In this document: in pieces, positions 1 to 7,883 of the stretch
Layout: each line of letters starts with the position of its first letter
Position numbering within the stretch: the stretch's first letter is position 1
Virus record (IMG/VR): IMGVR_UViG_3300027851_000026
Length of the DNA stretch: 20,000 nucleotides
Direction: 5' to 3' (one strand)
Origin: an uncultured virus (IMG/VR IMGVR_UViG_3300027851_000026)
Taxonomy: Duplodnaviria; Heunggongvirae; Uroviricota; Caudoviricetes
Notes under the pieces: model-generated
Told to the model about the DNA's origin: nothing
Databases searched by the model: none
The model's input: the letters and a program-made list of their open reading frames with translations, nothing else
Made by a program: the position numbers and the translations under genes

Positions 1-1
1 T

Positions 2-106
2 CTCAGCGATGAGTTCGTACTCGATGAATTCGAGAAGTATGCATACACAGCAACTGATCCGAGCATCGACACATTCAATGCACGCATGATTCACGAGTTG
101 GAGTAA
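2..106 (+). CDS. 3' end of a hypothetical phage protein (truncated by window edge)
   Basis: Open frame 2 reads LSDEFVLDEFEKYAYTATDPSIDTFNARMIHELE to TAA at 104-106, 4 nt before the next ATG. Confidence 0.6.
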   Translation, partial: LSDEFVLDEFEKYAYTATDPSIDTFNARMIHELE

Positions 107-110
107 GAGC

Positions 111-926
111 ATGGATGAACCAACACTTGCTCGCTTGATGGGTACATACGGTGCACCTGTCAACGCACGTAATGCTAACATGGCACGTGAATTCTTTGCA
201 GCTAATCCTGATGTTGCAGAACGTCGTGCAATGGGCATGCGTGGTAGCGGTAACGAGGATAACAGCGATGTACTTGGTGCAATGCTTGACAAGTTCGTGC
301 AGGATACAGGACCTGCTGCACCACAGATTCAGCAAGAACAGCTTCCGCCACTAGAGACTGTGCAGAACAGTACAGCACCGACACGTAAGAGTGCGACTGC
401 TGCTCCACGTCAAGCATCAATGCAGCCTGCACATCTTGAGCCGGGATTCCAAGAAGCGAATGCTGCACCACAGGGTGGTGGATCAGGTAGCAGCGGTTGG
501 ATGAATGACTTGCTATTGACGATTCTTGGTGCATCGAGCGTTGCAGGTCGTACAATGATGGGCGGTGGTAATGCACCACAGACAGGAAACGCACCACAGA
601 AAGCACTTCCTCGCGCTATTGGTAATGATGGAGCACTACTTGAGAATCCCTATCCAGACGGACAAAAGCGTCTCACATACACACCAAAGCTCGAAGACAA
701 TGTTAGCGATTTGTCGCGAGTCCCTACGAACGAACCGCCTGTGGCAAAGGTTGAAGGCGACAAGGGCCTCACAGAAGAAGCACGCAAGAAACAGTTGCAA
801 GCAGAAGTAGACGCAGAGAATCAATCCGCTGCATCTGTGCGTGATGAGATGGAAAAGCGTGCACGCGACAAAGCCAACACACGGAAACTGAGCGATGCAG
901 CCAAACGTGCCGTCGGACGAAAGTAG
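111..926 (+). CDS. Hypothetical phage protein, low-complexity Ala/Gln/Gly-rich, possibly virion-associated
   Basis: 271-aa ORF, GGAG RBS at 100-103, codon usage (GCA/ACA/CGT) matches neighbours. Confidence 0.75.
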   Translation: MDEPTLARLMGTYGAPVNARNANMAREFFAANPDVAERRAMGMRGSGNEDNSDVLGAMLDKFVQDTGPAAPQIQQEQLPPLETVQNSTAPTRKSATAAPRQASMQPAHLEPGFQEANAAPQGGGSGSSGWMNDLLLTILGASSVAGRTMMGGGNAPQTGNAPQKALPRAIGNDGALLENPYPDGQKRLTYTPKLEDNVSDLSRVPTNEPPVAKVEGDKGLTEEARKKQLQAEVDAENQSAASVRDEMEKRARDKANTRKLSDAAKRAVGRK

Positions 927-1536
927 CAAGTCACAATGGCTTGATACACAGGAAGAAGTAAAGCTGCATCTTCCTGACGGCAGTGTTGTGCTTAGTGATG
1001 GCAGAGTAATGAAGCCAGTCACGAAAGCACAACCTGCTGCAGAGATGTCGCGTGAAATCACTTCTGGACGTGCATCGAAAGTGCTTGTTGAGAAGATGTC
1101 TCGCAAGCTGACTGACTTACCTGACACACCTGACAAGATGAATGCGTTCGGTGCTCTCATTGTATATCAGATGCTCGGTGTGAGTGATGAAGAAGCAGCA
1201 CTTGCGCTCGGTACTACAGTAGAGAAGATCAAAGCTGTCAAAGAACTTGACGCATTTCATCAACTCAGTGCAATGCTTGACAACACGATCATCGATGATG
1301 GTAAGCGTGCTGCAAATCTCATGCTATCCAAAGCAGCAACACGTGCAACTGAACGAATGATTGAAGGTGTTGAGAGCAATCGTGAAGACATCGCTATTGT
1401 AGCAGCACGTGATGTAATGAAGGCTGCAGGTGTTGGGCAGCAAGAAGAAGCATCGAAACGACTTGGCGGCTTGAACATCGTGATCAAGCGCAAGGGTGAG
1501 ACAGACGAAGAGATTAGAGTGGAGATGACATCATGA
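895..1536 (+). CDS. Putative DNA-binding protein, possibly terminase small subunit-like
   Basis: 213-aa ORF with HTH-like LGVSDEEAALALGTTVEKIK, helical core ending IAIVAARDVMKAAG and C-terminal strand LNIVIK, a layout reminiscent of TerS; start uncertain. Confidence 0.45.
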   Translation: MQPNVPSDESSKSQWLDTQEEVKLHLPDGSVVLSDGRVMKPVTKAQPAAEMSREITSGRASKVLVEKMSRKLTDLPDTPDKMNAFGALIVYQMLGVSDEEAALALGTTVEKIKAVKELDAFHQLSAMLDNTIIDDGKRAANLMLSKAATRATERMIEGVESNREDIAIVAARDVMKAAGVGQQEEASKRLGGLNIVIKRKGETDEEIRVEMTS

Positions 1537-1862
1537 GCTTTCAATCGCGTGACATTTCAGTCAACACACAGGGACTCGTTACTCGTGTTCGTGGTTTGAT
1601 TGATCGAGTAATCACATCACTTACAGGATCGTCGCAGCAAGTCGTAGGTGCGACGATTCTACGTAAGCGCCTCATCTTCAAGAACGGCGCAAATCCTGTT
1701 GCCATCAACCTACTCGGTGGTACTGCAGCGATTGGTGGTGCTGGCTGCATTACAATGACAGCATACGAAGGACTTGCACTGATCGGTGATGATTGTCCTG
1801 ATGGAGTAGTGACAGTAATCGGCACAGCAGCGAACTACTTCTCTTGTCTTGAAGGACGCTAG
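1533..1862 (+). CDS. Small beta-rich putative virion protein
   Basis: 109-aa ORF, ATGA overlap, GGAG RBS; SQQVVGATILRKRLIFKNG pattern typical of small phage structural proteins. Confidence 0.6.
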   Translation: MSFQSRDISVNTQGLVTRVRGLIDRVITSLTGSSQQVVGATILRKRLIFKNGANPVAINLLGGTAAIGGAGCITMTAYEGLALIGDDCPDGVVTVIGTAANYFSCLEGR

Positions 1863-1864
1863 CC

Positions 1865-2701
1865 ATGACACGCAAGCGTAATGGCATCTTCTTCTTCGGT
1901 CCATCCGGAGGTACAGGTGGTCGAGCGTTCGATGCAGATACACTTGCGTGGGAAGCAGCAGTCATTAGTAATGGTGGCAGTGTATCACTTGCTCGACGTA
2001 TCATCGTAGATCAATTCATCTACGATGAGAAAGCGAGTGGTACATGGCCGCTCACCGACGACTATTGGGGCTTCTGGGCGGAGAACGCGATCCAGGCGCT
2101 TACGAGCCTGAAGCAGCGCCGCCTTGCGACGGCGGTCAACTCGCCAACCTTTACCGCAGACCGTGACTACACGACCGATGGCACAGCCGGTTATATCAAC
2201 CTGAACTTCGTGCCATTGACCGATGCGGTGGCGATGACGACAAACTCTGTCCATGCAGAGGTCTACGAGCGGACCAACGTGAGCGGGGTTGCGGTCGCCT
2301 TCGGGGGCACTTCCGGATCAAATCGCTCGATTGCCGTGCAAACCCGCAACGGCGGCAACGTCTTGGCGGACGGCAATAGCGCTGCCAGCACGTACACGCT
2401 GCCGGCCGCCGACAGCCGGGGGCTGACGCAGTTTGGGCGAAGTGGGACCCTGACGACGGATACGTATGGCGCCAAGAATGGTGTTGATATGACGCGGACC
2501 GTGACCCCCAGCGGAGTGGGCGCCTCGTTGCCGGCCAACGGTCCGTTCGTGGGCGCGTTCAATAACATCGGCACGCCTGCTGTCCTTAAAGCCAGCTCGT
2601 ATGGATATGCGTCTGCTGGCGCGGCGCTTTCTGGCGCGCAACGCCTCGCGCGCTACACCAATGTTCAAGCCTGGGCCACCTCTGTGGGAGCGAACGTCTG
2701 A
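1865..2701 (+). CDS. Putative tail/virion-associated protein (Gly/Thr/Ala-rich); compositional junction inside the gene
   Basis: 278-aa ORF, GAAGGA RBS; N-terminal FDADTLAWEAAVISNGG...W..TDDYW segment of a type common in phage virion proteins, followed by a beta-rich domain. Confidence 0.65.
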   Translation: MTRKRNGIFFFGPSGGTGGRAFDADTLAWEAAVISNGGSVSLARRIIVDQFIYDEKASGTWPLTDDYWGFWAENAIQALTSLKQRRLATAVNSPTFTADRDYTTDGTAGYINLNFVPLTDAVAMTTNSVHAEVYERTNVSGVAVAFGGTSGSNRSIAVQTRNGGNVLADGNSAASTYTLPAADSRGLTQFGRSGTLTTDTYGAKNGVDMTRTVTPSGVGASLPANGPFVGAFNNIGTPAVLKASSYGYASAGAALSGAQRLARYTNVQAWATSVGANV

Positions 2702-2934
2702 TGGCCATGTTCATCCTTCTCACAGCCGAACAGGCCGATCAGGTACGCGGCCCCTCTGAAAGCGCTCCTTACGCCGCACTCAACCCGATCGAGCGGGCGG
2801 GTGGCGTCTTCATCCTCGGTGTCGAGGTTCTGCAGGCCCCGTACCATGAGGTTCATGCCGCCTTCCTCGGCGGACTTCCACAGATGGACGAGAACGACCC
2901 GGATTTTCCAGGGGAGATCCAACCTCCCGAGTAG
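2701..2934 (+). CDS. Hypothetical protein (possible tail-associated chaperone)
   Basis: 77-aa ORF, TGATG overlap with upstream gene, GGGAG RBS. Confidence 0.7.
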   Translation: MAMFILLTAEQADQVRGPSESAPYAALNPIERAGGVFILGVEVLQAPYHEVHAAFLGGLPQMDENDPDFPGEIQPPE

Positions 2935-3010
2935 TTCAAGCAGCGGGCCCCGACCATGCACCACCACGGCCGAGGCCCTGACCACCACCGACCTAAGAAG
3001 GAGGCCGGCT

Positions 3011-3055
3011 ATGGCTGAGGCAAGCGTAGGCAGGGAAGTGGACGCGAGTCCATGA
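3011..3055 (+). CDS. 14-aa mini-ORF MAEASVGREVDASP coupled to the holin candidate
   Basis: Strong AAGGAGG at 2998-3004, ATG 3011, TGA overlapping the ATG at 3052. Confidence 0.35.
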   Translation: MAEASVGREVDASP

Positions 3056-3375
3056 GCGATATGGGGCTACCCAAGTTCGAGAATCGGCTTTCGGCTGGCA
3101 ATTTCATCACCATTGCATTCGGTGTGCTGGCGCTCGCCGTCGCTTGGGGGACGCTCCAAGCCGATATCCGGGCGCTGGCGCAGCGGGTCGACAAGGGCGA
3201 AACCCGCGACGACAAGGCCGCCGAAACCCTCGACGCCATGAAGAGCGCGCTGATCGAGCTACGAGCCGACAGCAAGGCCACCAAGGCCGAGGTGGAGCGC
3301 ATGGGGCGCCAGCTCGACCGGATCGTGGACAACCGCAACCCGACGCCGCAACTCCCCCCGAGAGGCACGCCATGA
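3052..3375 (+). CDS. Single-TM coiled-coil protein, holin/lysis-associated candidate
   Basis: Hydrophobic FITIAFGVLALAVAWG then coiled coil; directly upstream of endolysin with ATGA overlap. Confidence 0.6.
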   Translation: MSDMGLPKFENRLSAGNFITIAFGVLALAVAWGTLQADIRALAQRVDKGETRDDKAAETLDAMKSALIELRADSKATKAEVERMGRQLDRIVDNRNPTPQLPPRGTP

Positions 3376-4121
3376 AATTCAACGAGCAAGATATCGACAT
3401 TGCCGCCCGCACCCTCTGGGGAGAATGCCGCGGTGAGCCACAGGAGGGGCAGATTGCCGTCGCTTGGGTGATCCGCAACCGGGCAGAGCGCAAGCGGTTT
3501 GCCGGCACGCTGGCGGGGCTGGAAGGCGCCATAGAGCGCGTCTGCAAGGCCAAGTGGCAGTTCTCTTGCTGGTGGGACCAGCAGGCGCCCAATCTGAAGG
3601 CATTGCCGGCGGAGCGCCTCGAGGTGCAGGCGGACCTTGTGCGCGGCGTGCTGGGCGGCATCACGCCAGATCCAACCAACGGCGCCGACCACTATCACAC
3701 CATCGCGCGGCCGGGCTATGCGGACGTGTGGCCGCCCAACTGGGCGCCGACGATGGCAGAGGTGGCGCGCTTCGGCGGGCATGTCTTCTATGACAGCCGC
3801 CTGCCTGCGGGAGCGCCGCCAATGCAGCGGCCGGCGCCGGAGGTTCCACCCGGCTACGAGGTGACGCCGACGGGCAACGTCATCAACCCCAACCCGTCTC
3901 AGGGCACCATCGTCAAGGACGCCAACAAGGGCGAGGTGGCAAGCTGGGCCAATGCAGCTTGGGGCTTCGCCGCGCCGGTTCTGGGCGCGCTGCAGGGGCT
4001 GGACTGGAGGGTCGTCGCCGTTCTCGGGGGCGTCTCAATCGTGTTCGCTGGCGCCGCCATCCTCTACTTCCGGGGCATCCGCAAGACCCGCATGGAGATG
4101 GCCAAGCAGGGGGTCGTCTGA
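3372..4121 (+). CDS. Endolysin, SleB/Hydrolase_2-type cell wall hydrolase with C-terminal membrane segment
   Basis: ARTLWGECRGE..GQIAVAWVIRNR, QFSCW, DPTNGADHYH and GGHVFY motifs; start reassigned to ATG 3372 (GAGG RBS); hydrophobic C-terminal WRVVAVLGGVSIVFAGAAILYF. Confidence 0.9.
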   Translation: MKFNEQDIDIAARTLWGECRGEPQEGQIAVAWVIRNRAERKRFAGTLAGLEGAIERVCKAKWQFSCWWDQQAPNLKALPAERLEVQADLVRGVLGGITPDPTNGADHYHTIARPGYADVWPPNWAPTMAEVARFGGHVFYDSRLPAGAPPMQRPAPEVPPGYEVTPTGNVINPNPSQGTIVKDANKGEVASWANAAWGFAAPVLGALQGLDWRVVAVLGGVSIVFAGAAILYFRGIRKTRMEMAKQGVV

Positions 4122-4348
4122 TGATGAAGCTCCTGTCCGGCATCTGGTCCTATGTGCTGGCTGGGGTTGCCTTCGTGGGCCTCGTGGCGTTCTGGGCTCT
4201 CCAGCTCATCGCCACAGGACGGAAGGCAGAACGGGCGGAAGCCACAGAGAAGGGCGTCGAGGCCATCAAGCGCGCCAACAAGGCCGCACAGAACATCGAC
4301 CACAGCGCGGAGGCCATCGCCAATGACCCGAATAACCTTGATCGCTAG
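4121..4348 (+). CDS. Rz-like inner membrane spanin
   Basis: MMKLLSGIWSYVLAGVAFVGLVAFWAL N-terminal TM followed by periplasmic helix; follows endolysin. Confidence 0.7.
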   Translation: MMKLLSGIWSYVLAGVAFVGLVAFWALQLIATGRKAERAEATEKGVEAIKRANKAAQNIDHSAEAIANDPNNLDR

Positions 4349-4514
4349 CCTGCTCCTTCTGGCTGGCTGCGGAGGGCCACCGCCGGCAAATTCGCTGGTG
4401 TGCGAGGCCCTGCGGCCCGACCTGCCGGTGAAGTATCACGCCAAGACGACGGACGCCGAGACCACCGCCAATATCCGGCGAGGCAATGCCCGATTTATGG
4501 CGGCTTGCCCCTAG
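4323..4514 (+). CDS. Rz1-like outer membrane lipoprotein spanin
   Basis: MTRITLIASLLLLAGC lipobox, Pro-rich, overlaps 3' end of Rz-like gene, GGAGG upstream. Confidence 0.75.
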   Translation: MTRITLIASLLLLAGCGGPPPANSLVCEALRPDLPVKYHAKTTDAETTANIRRGNARFMAACP

Positions 4515-4547
4515 GGCGCTAGCCTGTGTGGGTGGAAGTAGCTGGGG

Positions 4548-4862
4548 TTAGATTGCCCGACAGGGGAGAGTGAGCGCGGCGGCAACCGCGCGCGCGACAT
4601 ATCCCGCCGCCGTTTCCTCTATAAATTCAATCTCGACTCCGTCAAATCCGTGATCGCGATAAAAGGGGACACCGGCATACACACCGCGATCGCTCCCAGA
4701 CTCAACCGGGTGGCGTGACAAAGCGCAAACGCCTGCGAGCAAATCGGTATATTGCCGGTCGCCAATCCGGAGCGCCTTTATCGGAAAAGCGTCGCCATTC
4801 CATCGCCGCGCGACCTCGTGTCGAATGCGGTAAATGAGATCTGATATTTGGGGCTCGCTCAT
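4548..4862 (-). CDS. Hypothetical moron-like protein
   Basis: 104-aa ORF with AGGAG RBS, last gene of the leftward region, converging on the lysis cassette. Confidence 0.7.
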   Translation of the reverse strand: MSEPQISDLIYRIRHEVARRWNGDAFPIKALRIGDRQYTDLLAGVCALSRHPVESGSDRGVYAGVPFYRDHGFDGVEIEFIEETAAGYVARAVAAALTLPCRAI

Positions 4863-5013
4863 CTCTTGCTCCTAAAGATGCGGGCCGGAAGAGGGCGAAT
4901 TACAAACCGGCCTTTTTGAGGGGTTCGCAGGCCCAAAGCCCAATGAAACCGGCACTTTGGCGGTAATTCAAACTTTCGCTGCGGGCCGGTCGCTAGTCCG
5001 GCAAATCGGCGTA

Positions 5014-5092
5014 TTCCAGAGGCGGGATTTGAACCCGCATACATAGGCGCTAGGAGCCATCCGCCCTTGCTAAACCGGTCAGCTACTCCAGA
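5014..5092 (-). ncRNA. tRNA-like cloverleaf with abnormal 12-nt anticodon loop (possible degenerate tRNA-Arg(CCT))
   Basis: Minus strand: acceptor TCTGGAG/CTCTGGA, D arm GCTG-ACCGGTT-TAGC, anticodon stem GGGCG/CGCCT with loop GATGGCTCCTAG, T arm GCGGG-TTCAAAT-CCCGC; no encoded CCA. Confidence 0.6.
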
Positions 5093-5139
5093 TCACGCCG
5101 CCGCAGCGCGCTCACTCTACCACACCTTGCGGGAGGAGG

Positions 5140-5418
5140 TTAGGGGGTGTCTCTGAGTTCTGCCCAGCGCCGGCCGTCTTTCCCACGGAAGCAGACGATG
5201 GACAGGCCGCCGCCACCAGTCGACTCCCGGCGCCACATGGTTCCGTTCTTCCATGTCCTGACAAGCTTGCGCTCGACAAGGGCCCGGATGATGGCAGAGG
5301 GCACGCCCGTCAGTGGGACCTTTCCGGCGCCAACGGGAACCAGAGCATAGACCGCAGCCTGCATCGGCGGCAGGTCGCCCGTCACGCTGGTCATGCTGCC
5401 TTCTCTAGCGTCGCTCAT
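5140..5418 (-). CDS. Hypothetical protein, possible winged-helix fold
   Basis: 92-aa ORF, AGGAG RBS; LPPMQAAVY...IIRALVERKLVR pattern. Confidence 0.6.
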   Translation of the reverse strand: MSDAREGSMTSVTGDLPPMQAAVYALVPVGAGKVPLTGVPSAIIRALVERKLVRTWKNGTMWRRESTGGGGLSIVCFRGKDGRRWAELRDTP

Positions 5419-5562
5419 CTCTCGCTCCTGAAGGTGCTGCGGGCCGGGAGATGCTGCGGGAGGGCCGGTCTTAAACGCAGGTTGGCGTCGATTCGCCTTC
5501 CAACCAGTCCTTGCGCCGCAGCCTCTCCATTATCCTACTTCTTTGAGGGAAGGGGAAGGGTG

Positions 5563-5817
5563 TCACGGCTTCGCCGTGCCCTGTTCCCCTCCTGCATCAG
5601 GGACCAGCGTGCTATCAATAACCCTCTCAATAGAGTCCATATCTTGGGCGAGGTCGAACTTGGACAGGTCGGACCACGGGCCTTTGTCCTCGACGGCGGC
5701 GAGCTTCTGGATGGCAAGCAGCGTCCGCTGTAGCCTTTCGATCTCATCGGCGGCTAGTCCGCACAGATGCTTGGCTGTGTCGTTGTTGCGAAGTCGCCAA
5801 AGCAGATGCTCGCTCAT
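5563..5817 (-). CDS. Hypothetical protein
   Basis: 84-aa ORF, AAGGAG RBS. Confidence 0.7.
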   Translation of the reverse strand: MSEHLLWRLRNNDTAKHLCGLAADEIERLQRTLLAIQKLAAVEDKGPWSDLSKFDLAQDMDSIERVIDSTLVPDAGGEQGTAKP

Positions 5818-5852
5818 GCGTCACACTCCTTTCGTTCAGTAGGCCGGTTGGG

Positions 5853-6083
5853 TCAGTTGATGCGAAGATTCCGCCACCAGACGGTCAGCTTTGCGAGCCA
5901 ACCGAACGCCGCCGGGATCGTCGTCACGTCGCTGCCGACGACGCGCCCGAAAGCGCCGATGCGCTTCACGCGTTCTTGCGCCTCCTCCCAACTCCGCGCC
6001 GGGATCGTGAGCGAAAACACTTCGTTGCCGAAACTGTATTCGACGAGATAGTTCGAAAAGCCGTCGTCTAGATCGTCAGCCAT
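5853..6083 (-). CDS. Hypothetical protein
   Basis: 76-aa ORF, AGGAG RBS. Confidence 0.7.
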   Translation of the reverse strand: MADDLDDGFSNYLVEYSFGNEVFSLTIPARSWEEAQERVKRIGAFGRVVGSDVTTIPAAFGWLAKLTVWWRNLRIN

Positions 6084-6154
6084 GGGGAACGCTCCTGTTG
6101 TTAAAGACGGCCGGTCGGCGCGGTAGGGCCGAAGGCCCGCGTAGCCTGTTCATC

Positions 6155-6394
6155 CTACCCATTTCCCGTGTCATCTGGAGGAATGGGGAGAGGCATCCAG
6201 TGGGTGGGCTCCTCACCAGGCTCGAAATAGAAATCGCTTCCAGCGTTCGGGCCGCCGTTGGTCCAAAATGACACCTCGGGAGCCCGCACGACGACAACGA
6301 CCTCACAGGAGTCATGTCCGCGGTGAGCGCGCGGGCAGAACACCAAAATCGGGCACGCTTCCGGCGCCGTCTCAATAGGCCTCCATCCGCTCAT
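6155..6394 (-). CDS. DUF551-type phage protein
   Basis: WRPIETAP...PTHWMPLP signature; ATGA overlap. Confidence 0.8.
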   Translation of the reverse strand: MSGWRPIETAPEACPILVFCPRAHRGHDSCEVVVVVRAPEVSFWTNGGPNAGSDFYFEPGEEPTHWMPLPIPPDDTGNG

Positions 6395-6876
6395 TGTCCG
6401 TCCTCCTTGAGGGCGGAAGACATCTCGGCTTCAATTTCCTTCTGCCGTTCAAGCAGGATCTTCATGGCGGCGTTTATGGCGCGCGCCTCTTCCCATCGCC
6501 CTTGCCGGGCGTAGTGCATGAACTTGGCGTGCCCTTCATCGAACTCCGTGCACAGGCGGTCAAATTCGACCATCATATCACTCTGATGGGGTTCCTTGGG
6601 GGAAAGGGCGGCGTCGAAGGACGCCTTATAGGCTCCGGCAAACAGCCGGTCGGCAGGTCCGCCGTCTTTCACAAACGGATTGAAGCCGAAGAACTGCCGG
6701 AAGACCTGCATTTGCGCCTCCGTAGGCTCCCGCATTGCCTCGATAGCCGCTCGGGCGAACATGCGGAACATGTTGCGGGTGATCTCTGGCGCCATAGCCC
6801 AGTCGCCACCTCGATCTTTGGCAAACATCGCAGCCGCCACCCTCTCAATCATTCCGCGCGTTTCCATATCAGCCAT
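6391..6876 (-). CDS. Hypothetical phage protein (apparently two fused modules)
   Basis: 161-aa ORF; MIERVAAAM...ARAAIEAMREPT N-terminal module of a type common in alphaproteobacterial phages. Confidence 0.7.
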   Translation of the reverse strand: MADMETRGMIERVAAAMFAKDRGGDWAMAPEITRNMFRMFARAAIEAMREPTEAQMQVFRQFFGFNPFVKDGGPADRLFAGAYKASFDAALSPKEPHQSDMMVEFDRLCTEFDEGHAKFMHYARQGRWEEARAINAAMKILLERQKEIEAEMSSALKEDGQ

Positions 6877-6888
6877 GGTCGGGGTCCT

Positions 6889-7872
6889 TCAGAGTCGAGC
6901 CGCTATTTCGTCGGCGGTTTCGCGATAGTAGGTGTTTTGCAGGATGCGCAAGTCCTTGTGACCGCTGATTTTGGCGAGGGTCATCACGTCGACCTTGCGG
7001 GCCAGCCGGGTCAACGCCTCCGCTCGAGAGTCGTGAAAGTGCAGATCCTCTATCATCAGCCGATCGCGCGCTTTGCGAAAGAGGGCGTCCAGCACGGCGC
7101 TCGAGAGCGAGAAGCACTTCTCGAGATGGGCGACGGGCCGGAGGAGCCGGGCGGCGTGGCGGGTCAAGGGCACGTCTCGAGGCTTGCCGGTCAGGTGCTG
7201 GGTCTTGTGCGCCACGGACGCCACCCGGCGTTTAAGGTCCAGATTGGCGCTCCCCAAGCTCAGAATCTCACCCGCGCGCATGCCTGACCGCAGGGCGACC
7301 ATGAAGGCCAAGGCGACCTCCTGCGACCGCGTTTGAGGGGCCCGGCCGGGTCTGTAGTCGAGGATGCGGCACAGGGCGCGCACCTCGAGCGGGCTGACGC
7401 GGCGCGTGCGCGGGGCCGGGTTCTTGGGGATGCGCAGGCCCTTCAGCGGATTGTGCTCCATCCAGCGCCATTCCTCTCGAGCAAGCCGGAAGGCGTGGCG
7501 CAGCCAGTTTAGATTGCGCAGGACCGTGGCGTCGCTGACCGTCTTCAGCCTCTCGTCACGCCAAGCGGCAAAATCCGGAGTGTCTAGGTCGGCCAGCTTC
7601 TTGGCAGCCAGATCAGGAAAGTCGCGCAGGAACGCCCGAGCCTGCCGAGACTCAAACGCCTCGCCCCGTTTACTGGGCATGACCGTCTCAATGTAGTGCT
7701 CGAGCATCTTGCCGAGGGTCTGCTGTCCGGTTGGCGCAGTCTCGAGTTCCCGTTCCTTCACTACGGCCCATGCGTTGGCCTCGCGCTGCGTCCGGAACAC
7801 CTTGGAGGCGCGCCGCCCGTTGACGTAGACCTGTGCCCGGTATCCGCGACCGTGCTTCCCCACCGATGCCAT
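6889..7872 (-). CDS. int: Tyrosine recombinase phage integrase
   Basis: Catalytic R (GMRAGE), K (HKT), HxxR (FHDSR), H (SGHKD), Y (NTYY); N-terminal arm-binding YRAQVYVNG..SKVFRT; start reassigned to ATG 7872 with GGGGAG RBS. Confidence 0.93.
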   Translation of the reverse strand: MASVGKHGRGYRAQVYVNGRRASKVFRTQREANAWAVVKERELETAPTGQQTLGKMLEHYIETVMPSKRGEAFESRQARAFLRDFPDLAAKKLADLDTPDFAAWRDERLKTVSDATVLRNLNWLRHAFRLAREEWRWMEHNPLKGLRIPKNPAPRTRRVSPLEVRALCRILDYRPGRAPQTRSQEVALAFMVALRSGMRAGEILSLGSANLDLKRRVASVAHKTQHLTGKPRDVPLTRHAARLLRPVAHLEKCFSLSSAVLDALFRKARDRLMIEDLHFHDSRAEALTRLARKVDVMTLAKISGHKDLRILQNTYYRETADEIAARL

Positions 7873-7883
7873 GTCGCTCCCCC

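Noticed and set aside
5014..5092. Functional canonical tRNA or amber suppressor (CTA in loop)
   Set aside because: The loop is 12 nt, CTA is not in an anticodon position after U33, no CCA is encoded, and TAG is used as a normal stop in several genes.
5088..5100. 13-bp inverted match CCAGATCACGCCG to the duplication junction region (13436-13448)
   Set aside because: A single short GC-rich match with no further context; probably chance.
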